A stretch of 64,000 bases of DNA. Source: an uncultured Thiotrichaceae bacterium. Its GTDB lineage: Bacteria; Pseudomonadota; Gammaproteobacteria; SZUA-229. A program made the translations under genes and the position numbers. Each line of letters opens with the position of its first letter. Position 1 is the first letter of the stretch. The stretch covers positions 9,964 to 73,963 of the forward strand of contig CAYXNL010000002.1 of NCBI GenBank assembly GCA_964466455.1. The letters run 5' to 3'. The notes beneath the pieces are model-generated. The model did no database searches and was not told where the DNA came from. It saw only the letters and a program-made list of their open reading frames with translations. Below, one piece after another: positions 31,207 to 41,886 of this stretch.

Positions 31207-32547
31207 TTATATCCCCAGTTTTTTTTCAAGGTAGTGAATATTAGTGCCACCGGCCTGGAAATTAGCATCATTCAGGATATCTTTATGCAGTTCAATGTTA
31301 GTACGAATGCCAGTGATGTTGATCTCATCCAGCGCGCCCCGCATTCTGGCAATAGCAACATCACGAGAACTGCCATAAGCAATTAATTTACCAATCATGG
31401 AATCGTAGTTAGGCGGTACGGTGTAGCCACCATAAATATGGGTATCAACACGAATACCGGGCCCGCCTGGTGGATGGTAACGTTCGATTTTCCCCGGTGA
31501 TGGCATAAACGTGCGTGCATCTTCTGCGTTGAGGCGGCATTCAATGGCATGCCCGCGAATTTCAATATCGCTTTGTTTGTAACGTAGTTTTTCCCCGGAG
31601 GCAATGTAGAGTTGCTCTTTAATAATATCAACACCGGTAATCATTTCAGTAACAGGGTGTTCAACCTGTATCCGGGTGTTCATTTCAATAAAGTAAAACT
31701 CATTGTCCTGGTAGAGAAATTCAAAAGTGCCAACACCTCGGTAACGCATTTTATTGCAGGCATCAACACAGCGCTGACCAATTTTTTTACGCTGTTTGGG
31801 AGTAATGCCGGGGGCGGGTGCTTCCTCCAGTACTTTCTGGTTGCGGCGTTGCATCGAACAATCACGCTCGCCCAGGTGAATAGCATTGCCCTGACCATCA
31901 GATAATATCTGAATTTCTATATGACGGGGCATCTGTAGATATTTTTCCATATAAACCGTACTGTTGCCAAAAAAGCTACCCGCTTCCTGTCTGGTAAGAT
32001 TTATTGAACTTTGCAAAGTGGCATCGGAGTGTACGACACGCATACCGCGTCCACCACCACCGCCAGCGGCTTTAATAATGATGGGGTAGCCAATTTTATT
32101 TGCCAGCGCCAGATTAATATCAGAATCATTACCCAGCGGGCCGTCTGAACCGGGTACACAGGGCACCCCGGCGCTTTTCATGGTTTCAATGGCGGCGACT
32201 TTATCTCCCATGGTTCGAATAGATTCCGGTGTCGGTCCGATAAAAATAAAACCACTATCTTCAACGCGCTCGGCGAAATCAGCATTTTCAGATAAAAAAC
32301 CATAGCCGGGATGGATGCCCATGGCATCGGTCACTTCTGCGGCACTGATGATTGCCGGTATATTCAGGTAACTCTGGTCGGATGGTGCAGGGCCAATACA
32401 GACTGTTTCGTCCGCCAGACGAACATGCTTTAAATCACGATCGACATCGGAATGTACTGCAACCGTCTTAATACCCAGTTCACGGCAGGCACGCAATATA
32501 CGTAATGCTATTTCGCCGCGGTTAGCGATAACAACTTTGGATAACAT
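31207..32547 (-). CDS. accC: Biotin carboxylase subunit of acetyl-CoA carboxylase
   Basis: 446 aa with an ATP-grasp fold and biotin carboxylase signatures, directly downstream of accB. Confidence 0.9.
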   Translation of the reverse strand: MLSKVVIANRGEIALRILRACRELGIKTVAVHSDVDRDLKHVRLADETVCIGPAPSDQSYLNIPAIISAAEVTDAMGIHPGYGFLSENADFAERVEDSGFIFIGPTPESIRTMGDKVAAIETMKSAGVPCVPGSDGPLGNDSDINLALANKIGYPIIIKAAGGGGGRGMRVVHSDATLQSSINLTRQEAGSFFGNSTVYMEKYLQMPRHIEIQILSDGQGNAIHLGERDCSMQRRNQKVLEEAPAPGITPKQRKKIGQRCVDACNKMRYRGVGTFEFLYQDNEFYFIEMNTRIQVEHPVTEMITGVDIIKEQLYIASGEKLRYKQSDIEIRGHAIECRLNAEDARTFMPSPGKIERYHPPGGPGIRVDTHIYGGYTVPPNYDSMIGKLIAYGSSRDVAIARMRGALDEINITGIRTNIELHKDILNDANFQAGGTNIHYLEKKLGI

Positions 32548-32556
32548 AATAGTGCC

Positions 32557-33003
32557 TTACTCAATAACAATGAGTGGTTGGCCGAATTCAACTGGCTGTG
32601 TGTTTTCAACTAGAACTTCCTTGACTGTACCGGACTTGTCCGCTTCAATCTGGTTGAGAATTTTCATTGCTTCAATAATACAGATGGTATCGCCCTCATT
32701 CACACTATCGCCGATCTTGACAAAATCGGGTGCTCCTGGGGAAGGAGCGCTGTAAAAAGTACCCACCATGGGTGCGTTTACTGTGTGGCCGCTTATTTCA
32801 TCGGTTGCATCGTTGCTCTCCGATTTTGTTTCCATACTGGCATTATCGGGTGGTGGGGCAACCGCATACTGTTGTACGGGCATGGGCGCTGGTGCAGCGT
32901 AGCGGGAGATGCGTATAGATTCTTCGCCCTCATTTATTTCGATTTCGGCAATACCGGATTCTTCCAGTAGTTCAATGAGTTTTTTAACTTTGCGTATATC
33001 CAT
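32557..33003 (-). CDS. accB: Biotin carboxyl carrier protein
   Basis: 148 aa with a Pro/Ala linker and a C-terminal biotinyl domain (EAMKxxNQIEAD). Confidence 0.85.
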   Translation of the reverse strand: MDIRKVKKLIELLEESGIAEIEINEGEESIRISRYAAPAPMPVQQYAVAPPPDNASMETKSESNDATDEISGHTVNAPMVGTFYSAPSPGAPDFVKIGDSVNEGDTICIIEAMKILNQIEADKSGTVKEVLVENTQPVEFGQPLIVIE

Positions 33004-33008
33004 CAGGA

Positions 33009-33452
33009 TTACCCTTTGTTTAAATAAGTAAATGCAGCTCGTAAAGCAAGTTCGTAGCCCTGTGTACCAAGGCCAGAAATAACACCCACTGCAATATCAG
33101 AAAAATAGGAATGTTCACGAAAGGCTTCGCGCGCATGAACGTTGGATAAATGAATTTCAATAAACGGAATTTGTACCGCACTTATTGCATCACGTAGTGC
33201 AATGCTGGTGTGCGTGAAGGCCGCAGGATTGATAATAATAAAACGTGTTTTATCTGTTTGTGCCTGATGAATACGGGCGATCAGTTCCGCTTCGGCATTG
33301 CTCTGGTAACTGTCAATACTCAGTTTGTAGCGTTGTGCCAGGTTTTGCAACCGGGTGGTAATGGATTCGAGTGTATCAAAGCCATAGTGTTCGGGTTCGC
33401 GGGTGCCTAGCAGGTTTAAGTTGGGGCCGTTTAGTACAAGCAGGTCAGGCAT
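33009..33452 (-). CDS. aroQ: 3-dehydroquinate dehydratase, type II
   Basis: 147 aa, type II DHQase family ([18 protein letters not shown], HLSN). Confidence 0.85.
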   Translation of the reverse strand: MPDLLVLNGPNLNLLGTREPEHYGFDTLESITTRLQNLAQRYKLSIDSYQSNAEAELIARIHQAQTDKTRFIIINPAAFTHTSIALRDAISAVQIPFIEIHLSNVHAREAFREHSYFSDIAVGVISGLGTQGYELALRAAFTYLNKG

Positions 33453-33567
33453 GAAGGTGTATTGGTGAAAATATTAAAAGATATTAGTAATTGTGCATAA
33501 CTGTAGAGAAAAAGTCCACTATTTCGTCGAATTTGTGGCGAAATTAATTGGTAATAAAGAAATTATA

Positions 33568-34104
33568 TCAGTTACTACCGATGCCAAGCCGCTTTAATAT
33601 TGATATTGCACGGTTTTTGCTGAGTTCTCCAGTGAATGTGGCGCTAATTTTACCTTTCCTGTCTATAAATACTGAGTAAGGAAGACTGTCAGTTCTGTTT
33701 CCATAACGTTTTGCCAGGCCCATAGCTTCTTCCTGAGCGGCCATGATCGGGTAGTTTATCTTCATTTTCTTTGCAAATTTACGTACGTTTGGTTCGTTAT
33801 CAACGGCAATGCCGATTATCTGGAAGTTCTGCCCGCCATATTTTTTCTGTAGCTGGATAAATTCAGGCGTTTCACGTCGGCAGGGCGGGCACCAGGTCGC
33901 CCAGAAATTTAACAGTATGACTTTATTATTCCATTCCCGGATAGAGCGCATTTTGCCATGCAGGTCTTCAATCGCAAATTCCGGTCGCATCTGTCCGATA
34001 ATCGGCCTGTGATCCGGTTTGTTAAGGCCTCTATAGGTTTGAAATACGTAGTAGCTGCCGCCACTAATCACCATGATAGTGATAAAAATAAATATATTTT
34101 TCAT
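33568..34104 (-). CDS. TlpA/ResA/DsbE-like periplasmic thiol:disulfide oxidoreductase
   Basis: 178 aa with an N-terminal TM/signal and a thioredoxin fold with the active site WATWCPPCR. Confidence 0.7.
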   Translation of the reverse strand: MKNIFIFITIMVISGGSYYVFQTYRGLNKPDHRPIIGQMRPEFAIEDLHGKMRSIREWNNKVILLNFWATWCPPCRRETPEFIQLQKKYGGQNFQIIGIAVDNEPNVRKFAKKMKINYPIMAAQEEAMGLAKRYGNRTDSLPYSVFIDRKGKISATFTGELSKNRAISILKRLGIGSN

Positions 34105-34151
34105 CTTACCTGGATAATTAGAGAAATAGATTTCTTCAGAGGTTCCCTAAT

Positions 34152-36017
34152 TTAAATATCCGCTTTCAGCGCGCGCCTGATGTGTGCAGCAAACTGTCTG
34201 GCCTTCATATAACCGACTACACGATAGTTTCTATGCTCCTTACCTTTGGTATCAAAAAACATAATGGATGGTGGTCCGATGATGCCAAAGTGTTTGTATA
34301 ACTGAACGTCCTGTTTATCGTTAGCAGTAACGTTGGCCTGTAATAAAACCACACCTCGCAGCGCGCTCTTTACGCTGGGGTTGGTAAAAGTAAACACTTC
34401 CATTTCCTTGCAGGATACACACCAGTCAGCATAAAAATCCAGCATAACCGGTTTACCGGCTGCTTTTGCCTCTGCCAGTGCAGCGTTTAAGCCTTTAATT
34501 CCTTTAATCTGTTTAAACGTTAATGCTGAGTGTTGCTGTTGTGAAGAAGATGAAGTAATCGTTTCCAGACCTTCCAGTGGCTGGAGAACGTTACGATTTC
34601 CACCCGCCAGACCAAGCAGAATAATAATGCCGTAGATCAGAAATACGATCCCAAAACCTTTCCATAACCTTTTCCAGCCATTGCTGCCGCTGGGTAAACT
34701 GTCTATTGCGCCCATATAAATGGCAGAGACGATAATCAGTATTGCCCATAATGACATGGTTAAAGTAACCGGTGCTACTCTTTCCAGTAACCAGATGGCG
34801 AGAGCCAGCAGAAGTACACCGAATACTGCTTTCACAGCATCCATCCATTTGCCCGCTTTGGGTAACAGTTTGCCAGCAGAAGCACCAATTAATAATAGAG
34901 GTGTACCCATCCCCATGCTTAATGCAAACAGTGCCATTCCTCCAAGCAAGGCATCACCGGTGTTGGCAATATACAGTAATGCACCAACCAGTGGAGCGGT
35001 AACACAGGGGCCGACAATCAGTGCGGACAGAAAGCCCATGATGGCGACACCAATTAACGTGCCACCATGCTGACTATTGCTTGCACTAGTTAATTTGTTT
35101 TGAATACTGGCGGGCATTTGCAGTTCGTAGAAGCCGAACATGGAAAAGGCGAGTGCGACAAAAATAGCTGAAAAGCCACTAATAATCCACGGATTCTGGA
35201 ACCATGCCTGGATGTTTTCACCTGATAGACCAACCAGGACACCAACAATAGTGTAGGTGGCGGCCATTGCCAGCACATAGACCGCAGATAGTAACAGTGC
35301 CTTGCGGGTAGAAATATCCTTCCCCTGACCAACAATAATGCCTGATAGAATCGGGATCATTGGAAATACGCAGGGAGTAAAAGCAAGTAGCAGGCCGGCA
35401 CCAAAAAATATCAGCAGGGTTAATAGAGTATTGCCATTTTTCAATGTGTCAGCAATTTTATCCTGCGCCGAAAGGGGTGCCGTACTAGCGCTTGACTGGG
35501 CAGGGGTGGATGTGGCTGATTGTGCGGCAGCAGCAGTGGATATCGGGGAGAGCTTTATTTTAAATGTACGTATTTGTGGCGGGTAGCAAATTCCGGATAT
35601 TTCAGAGCAGCCCTGATAACGAACCTTGAAACTGACTTCTTTGCCCGCATTACCTGTATAGTGGTAGGGTAATGTGGCGGTGGCAAAATGGTGGTAGACG
35701 TGCAGGGTTTTATTAAACACGGGGTCTGCTTTCGGTTCCCCTTTGGGCATGATCAGTGGCTGGGTTTGTACCGATGAATCATCTATGGTGATCTTCATTT
35801 GGTCACGATACAGGTAGTGGCCTTTGGCAATCACCCATTTGGCGGTAAATTGTCCAGGTTTGGGTTGTATAGTTAGCTGGAAAGCCTGATCGGGATCCAG
35901 AATCTTATCCTGCCCGCTGAGTCCATCAAGAAGATTTAAGTTGTTGCCTGCGAAAAGTGGCAGGCTCACGCTGAGCAATAACAGTGTGGAAAATAAGCGG
36001 GATAAAAAATTATTCAT
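34152..36017 (-). CDS. dsbD: Thiol:disulfide interchange protein DsbD
   Basis: 621 aa: signal peptide, N-terminal Ig-like domain, central multi-TM domain with a Cys pair, and a C-terminal thioredoxin domain (WCVSC). Confidence 0.85.
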   Translation of the reverse strand: MNNFLSRLFSTLLLLSVSLPLFAGNNLNLLDGLSGQDKILDPDQAFQLTIQPKPGQFTAKWVIAKGHYLYRDQMKITIDDSSVQTQPLIMPKGEPKADPVFNKTLHVYHHFATATLPYHYTGNAGKEVSFKVRYQGCSEISGICYPPQIRTFKIKLSPISTAAAAQSATSTPAQSSASTAPLSAQDKIADTLKNGNTLLTLLIFFGAGLLLAFTPCVFPMIPILSGIIVGQGKDISTRKALLLSAVYVLAMAATYTIVGVLVGLSGENIQAWFQNPWIISGFSAIFVALAFSMFGFYELQMPASIQNKLTSASNSQHGGTLIGVAIMGFLSALIVGPCVTAPLVGALLYIANTGDALLGGMALFALSMGMGTPLLLIGASAGKLLPKAGKWMDAVKAVFGVLLLALAIWLLERVAPVTLTMSLWAILIIVSAIYMGAIDSLPSGSNGWKRLWKGFGIVFLIYGIIILLGLAGGNRNVLQPLEGLETITSSSSQQQHSALTFKQIKGIKGLNAALAEAKAAGKPVMLDFYADWCVSCKEMEVFTFTNPSVKSALRGVVLLQANVTANDKQDVQLYKHFGIIGPPSIMFFDTKGKEHRNYRVVGYMKARQFAAHIRRALKADI

Positions 36018-36222
36018 ATTAGATTCCAGGGTAATATATATTGGCGTGGTGTATGGGGATATGGGGTAATTTTAGCGTATTATTGACGTTCAAATTTAGA
36101 CACAAAAAGTTAACAGGGTTCATTTCAGGGTTGGTTTATTCGCGTTTTATACCTGTTTAATCCAGTTATCTCTTCACAAAACCGGTCGTTAGAGAGAAGA
36201 TATCACATAAATTATACTCTAC

Positions 36223-36272
36223 CTGATTGTTCAGGCCGATTATTCAGGCCGATTATTCAGCCGATTGCTCAG
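36223..36272. repeat. Short tandem repeat, about 4 units of 12-13 bp (CCGATTATTCAGG-like), upstream of fxsA
   Basis: Read directly from the sequence: ctgattgttcagg ccgattattcagg ccgattattcag ccgattgctcag. Confidence 0.55.
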
Positions 36273-36371
36273 AAATTTCTGTTGCATGGCGAAGTGGATG
36301 CCCGTGCAGGGAATTATTTAAATCATAGCGTATCCATAGTATATTCACTAATGTTTTCGGGTAAAAACCTA

Positions 36372-36878
36372 ATGTTAAGAAACTGGCCATTATTATTTAT
36401 TGTTATTCCGCTGATGGAACTGTACTTTATGATTAAAGTTGGTGAATATATTGGTGCTTTCTGGACGATTGCACTGGTACTGATTACCGCTTTTATTGGG
36501 GTAAATATGTTGCGTTACCAGGGTATGAATATGCTGACACGGGCGCAACGCAGTCTGTCGCAGGGCACCTTGCCAGCAATGGAAATGATGGAAGGAATGG
36601 TGCTTGCGGTGGGTGGTGTGTTATTAATTACCCCTGGTTTTATTACTGATATTCTGGGGTTTTTATGTATGATTCCAGTAACGCGCCGTATCATTATCCG
36701 GGTAATTATTTCACGCGGGGGTATTCATCAAAGTCATTTTGGTGCAGGCGATTTTTATGAACAGCCTCATAAAGATGAATTTATTGATGGGTTTCAGCGC
36801 GGGCATGAGCAAAAAGAGCCTGCTGAACCCGTTCGTAAAGGCCGTATCATTGAAGGTGAATGCCATCACGAAGACTAA
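36372..36878 (+). CDS. fxsA: FxsA family inner-membrane protein
   Basis: The start was placed at ATG 36372 (MLRNWPLLFIV...). Two TM segments plus an FxsA/UPF0716 pattern. It lies directly upstream of groES, as in E. coli. Confidence 0.75.
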   Translation: MLRNWPLLFIVIPLMELYFMIKVGEYIGAFWTIALVLITAFIGVNMLRYQGMNMLTRAQRSLSQGTLPAMEMMEGMVLAVGGVLLITPGFITDILGFLCMIPVTRRIIIRVIISRGGIHQSHFGAGDFYEQPHKDEFIDGFQRGHEQKEPAEPVRKGRIIEGECHHED

Positions 36879-36933
36879 CCAGACGGTTCCCCGGTATAAT
36901 TACTTTTTATAGTCGGATTCTTTATTTCCTGCC

Positions 36934-36961
36934 CTTGAAATTCCCATTATCACCCACATTT
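36934..36961 (+). promoter_or_regulatory. Putative sigma32-type promoter upstream of groESL
   Basis: CTTGAAA-12nt-CCCACATTT, close to the sigma32 consensus CTTGAAA/CCCCATNT. Confidence 0.45.
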
Positions 36962-37004
36962 AACCTTTTAACATAAATAGGACGAGTTTTCGGTGTTGAT
37001 TTGC

Positions 37005-37032
37005 TTGACTCTGATAGATTCGTCATTATGAT
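37005..37032 (+). promoter_or_regulatory. Putative sigma70 promoter of groESL, overlapping the CIRCE operator
   Basis: TTGACT-16nt-TATGAT. The -10 element runs directly into CIRCE. Confidence 0.4.
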
Positions 37033-37058
37033 TAGCACTCATAGCAAGAGAGTGCTAA
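37032..37058 (+). promoter_or_regulatory. CIRCE inverted repeat (HrcA operator)
   Basis: TTAGCACTC-atagcaaga-GAGTGCTAA, a perfect match to the CIRCE consensus TTAGCACTC-N9-GAGTGCTAA, 52 nt upstream of the groES start. Confidence 0.85.
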
Positions 37059-37109
37059 AAACAGTGATCTCATTCGTCAATTAATTATCTTAAAAGAGGG
37101 TTATAAAAA

Positions 37110-37400
37110 ATGAAAATACGTCCGTTACACGACCGTGTTGTTGTTAAACGTATGGAAGAAGAACGCACCAGTGCTGGTGGCATCGTAATTCCTGATTCGG
37201 CAGCAGAAAAACCGGTCAAAGGTGAAGTGCTGGCTGTCGGCAACGGTAAAATTGCTGATTCAGGTGAAGTTCATGCACTGGATGTAAAAGTCGGTGATCA
37301 GGTACTGTTTGGTAAATATTCCGGTACTGAGCTTAAAGTGGATGGCGAAGAAGTTCTGATTATGCGTGAAGAAGACATACTGGGTGTGTTTGCAGCATAA
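37110..37400 (+). CDS. groES: Co-chaperonin GroES
   Basis: 96 aa with canonical GroES sequence ([14 protein letters not shown]...). Confidence 0.95.
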   Translation: MKIRPLHDRVVVKRMEEERTSAGGIVIPDSAAEKPVKGEVLAVGNGKIADSGEVHALDVKVGDQVLFGKYSGTELKVDGEEVLIMREEDILGVFAA

Positions 37401-37503
37401 GTGATTGACCACGCAGTCATCATGCAGAGTAATCAGACATAAGTAATCAGACACTAAGTAATCAGAAACAGTAGTCAGATTTAATTATTTAATAGTATTC
37501 TAA

Positions 37504-39159
<1,656 letters not shown>

Positions 39160-39212
39160 TAGCCGTTGTGCGTTAAATCCATATACTCTGGAAATCAGTG
39201 TATTCTGGTTTA

Positions 39213-39247
39213 TAAAAAGCCCCGTTGCTAATAACGGGGCTTTTTTG
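39213..39247 (+). terminator. Rho-independent terminator after groEL
   Basis: aaaaaGCCCCGTTgctaatAACGGGGCtttttt. Confidence 0.75.
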
Positions 39248-39306
39248 TTGGGAAAATCATTGGGAAAACGCACCGTGTAATGCACTCTCATGGTATAGTT
39301 AGCTCT

Positions 39307-39686
39307 GGAGCTGGCCAGGCAATCGCGCCTGTTAGTTGTACCGGTTTATCCGGTATCAATGATGCAGGGGAGGAAAGTCCGGGCTCCGCAGGACAGAGTG
39401 CCAGGTAACGCCTGGGAGGTGAAAACCTACGGAAAGTGCCGCAGAAAATATACCGCCTGCTGTCTCATCGTAAATGGCAGGTAAGGGTGAAATGGTGTGG
39501 TAAGAGCGCACCGCGCCATTGGCAACAATGGTGGCAGGGTAAACCCCACTCGGAGCAAGACCAAATAGGGGAACATAATGCGTGGTCCGCGCTGTTCCCG
39601 GGTAGGTTGCTTGAGGTGCATGGTGACATGTTATCCAGATGAATGATTGCCCTGGACAGAACCCGGCTTATCGGCCAGCTCCTTCT
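39307..39686 (+). ncRNA. rnpB: RNase P RNA, bacterial type A
   Basis: Near-identical universal blocks to E. coli M1 RNA: GGAGGAAAGTCCGGGCTCC, CAGGGTGCCAGGTAACGCCTGGG-like, GGTAAGGGTGAAA, GTAAGAGCGCACC, CGGAGCAAGaCCAAATAGGGG, GAACCCGGCTTATCGG. P1 pairs 5' GGAGCTGGCC with 3' GGCCAGCTCC. The spurious ORF 39436..39642 lies inside it. Confidence 0.85.
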
Positions 39687-40100
39687 TTTTTCTGTCCCTT
39701 GACTTCTGAGGTGAGGTTCTACGTTGCCAAAGAAATTTATCCTGCCGGATTGATCCGGTAACTCCTGTTTTCTATTCCTTACTATGGTTTTCTGTAACGT
39801 ACTGTAAACTATCTATTTTCTTCGTTTTCCATATCAGAGTGTGGCGGTCAGCATAGTGTTTTGCATCCGATATATTCATTAATTGGTAATTCCCTGTCTT
39901 CTGGAAGATGTTTCGCTGCTGATATCAGTTCCTATACTACCGTTAACTAAGCGCTAAGACTTAAAGTAAATTATTAGCTTTAATAATCAACTTTATGATT
40001 TGAAAAATAACTTTAACTTTAGTTCCTTCTACTTTCCTTAAATACTGGCTAAGTCGCTGTCGGCATTGTAGTTTTTTGCCCGTTTCAGGCATAAAAATAC

Positions 40101-40130
40101 TTGACATTGAGGGGTGAGACTACCTATAGT
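40101..40130 (+). promoter_or_regulatory. Putative Pmra promoter of the dcw cluster
   Basis: TTGACA-18nt-TATAGT, immediately upstream of the MraZ-box repeats. The 18-nt spacer is slightly long. Confidence 0.45.
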
Positions 40131-40138
40131 GTGAATAT

Positions 40139-40163
40139 GTGGGAAGAAGTGGCGTAAAGTGGG
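40139..40163 (+). promoter_or_regulatory. MraZ operator: three direct GTGGG/GTGGC repeats at 10-bp periodicity
   Basis: GTGGGaagaaGTGGCgtaaaGTGGG has the same architecture as the E. coli MraZ binding site (TGGGN x3 with 5-nt spacers), about 50 nt upstream of the mraZ ATG. Confidence 0.6.
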
Positions 40164-40214
40164 TTTTTATGGTTTTTTGTTACAACATTATTATCACCAA
40201 TATAACAATAACAA

Positions 40215-40673
40215 ATGAATTTTCGTGGGATCAACAATGTTTCTCTTGATGTCAAAGGCAGAATGGCTATGCCTGCGCGTTATCGTGAGCGTTTGCTTGA
40301 GCGTTGTGGCGGTCGCTTAGTTGTTACCATCGATCGTGACCATTGTCTGCTTGTTTACCCGCTTCCCGAATGGGAAATTATTGAAGCTAAATTAAATCAA
40401 CTACCAAGTCTGAACAGACAGGCGCGTTTATTGCAGCGTCTTTATATCGGTCATGCAACCGAACTGGATATGGATGCTCAGGGCAGAATTTTATTACCAC
40501 CTATGTTACGCGAATATGCCGGTCTTGGTAAAAAAATCGTATTAATCGGCCAGGGTCGTAAGTTTGAAATCTGGGATGAAACACTCTGGAATGAAAGTCA
40601 GGAGGCGTGGGTAGAGGCGGTGCAATCCAGTGAAGGTGAGCTTCCTGCCTCACTGGAAGAACTCTCTTTATAG
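40215..40673 (+). CDS. mraZ: Transcriptional regulator MraZ
   Basis: 152 aa with duplicated MraZ/SpoVT-AbrB-like domains (DxKGRxxxP twice). Confidence 0.9.
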   Translation: MNFRGINNVSLDVKGRMAMPARYRERLLERCGGRLVVTIDRDHCLLVYPLPEWEIIEAKLNQLPSLNRQARLLQRLYIGHATELDMDAQGRILLPPMLREYAGLGKKIVLIGQGRKFEIWDETLWNESQEAWVEAVQSSEGELPASLEELSL

Positions 40674-40675
40674 AC

Positions 40676-41608
40676 ATGGAAGTATTTGCTCATCAGCCAG
40701 TGTTGCTTGAGGAATCACTGGTGGCGCTGGCTATTCGCTCTGATGGTGTCTATGTAGATGCAACATTCGGTCGTGGTGGGCACAGCCGGGCAATACTGGA
40801 CAGGTTGAATACATCAGCCTGTCTGCTGGCATTAGATCAGGACTTGCAGGCAATTGCCTATGGGCAGAAGTATTTTGCTGAGGCGTCACAATTAAGGCTG
40901 GAACACTGTAATTTTAATCAACTTAAAAGCCGGGTTGAAAAATACGGTCTGACAGGAAAAGTGAACGGTATTCTGATGGATTTAGGCGTGTCATCACCGC
41001 AGCTGGATGATGCTAGCCGTGGATTTAGTTTTGTACGTTCCGGACCGCTGGATATGCGGATGGATACCAGCCGTGGTGAATCGGCGGCCCAGTGGCTGGC
41101 ACGAGTCGAAGCGGATGATCTTGTCAGGGTATTAAGACGTTATGGGGAAGAACGCTTTGCCCGACGAATTGCTAGCGCAATTGTGGTAGTACGCGATAAG
41201 CAGGCAATTACAACCACCGATCAACTGGCGCAAATTGTAACCGATGCCATACCGGTAAAAGAAAAGCATAAACATCCGGCGACCCGTAGTTTTCAGGCAA
41301 TTCGGATTTATGTTAATCAGGAATTAGACGCGCTGGAACAGGGGCTGGAGAACGCTATTTCCGTACTGGCTCCGGGTGGAAGGCTGGTTGTTATCAGCTT
41401 TCATTCACTGGAAGACCGTATTGTAAAACGGTTTATGCGTGATAAATCGAGTCGGCCCAGATTACCGCCGGGTCTACCGGTTATGGATGCAGATATTGAT
41501 GTACCTTATCAGTTGGTGGGTAAACCGGTAGTGGCCGGTGAGCGGGAATTGTCAGGGAATCCCAGAGCCAGAAGTGCACGCCTGCGTGTGCTGGAGAAAA
41601 AAGCATGA
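40676..41608 (+). CDS. rsmH: 16S rRNA m4C1402 methyltransferase RsmH (MraW)
   Basis: 310 aa with a SAM-MTase fold (DATFGRGGHS, GILMDLGVSSPQLD). Confidence 0.9.
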   Translation: MEVFAHQPVLLEESLVALAIRSDGVYVDATFGRGGHSRAILDRLNTSACLLALDQDLQAIAYGQKYFAEASQLRLEHCNFNQLKSRVEKYGLTGKVNGILMDLGVSSPQLDDASRGFSFVRSGPLDMRMDTSRGESAAQWLARVEADDLVRVLRRYGEERFARRIASAIVVVRDKQAITTTDQLAQIVTDAIPVKEKHKHPATRSFQAIRIYVNQELDALEQGLENAISVLAPGGRLVVISFHSLEDRIVKRFMRDKSSRPRLPPGLPVMDADIDVPYQLVGKPVVAGERELSGNPRARSARLRVLEKKA

Positions 41609-41886
41609 TGAGCAGACAGAGAATACTTGTTGTCGTAACAATATTGTTTATGATGGTACAGGCATCGGCGTTATTGCTTATTTATAGCAAACATCAGTCT
41701 CGAAAGCTATTTTCCGAATTGCAGCAGTTGAATCACGAGGTTGACGCACTCAATACGCAATGGGGGCAATTACAACTGGAACAGAGTGCCTGGTCAGGTC
41801 GCGGGCGTATTGAACGCAAGGCACGTACAGAATTATCTATGGTATTACCTGAGTCGGATAAAGTAATTTTTGTGGAATTAAAATGA
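41605..41886 (+). CDS. ftsL: Cell division protein FtsL
   Basis: 93 aa, single-TM plus coiled-coil, between rsmH and ftsI. Confidence 0.7.
   Translation: MMSRQRILVVVTILFMMVQASALLLIYSKHQSRKLFSELQQLNHEVDALNTQWGQLQLEQSAWSGRGRIERKARTELSMVLPESDKVIFVELK

Noticed and set aside
39436-39642. 68-aa ORF MPQKIYRLLSHRKWQ...
   Set aside because: It falls completely inside the RNase P RNA gene, whose conserved RNA blocks explain the sequence.
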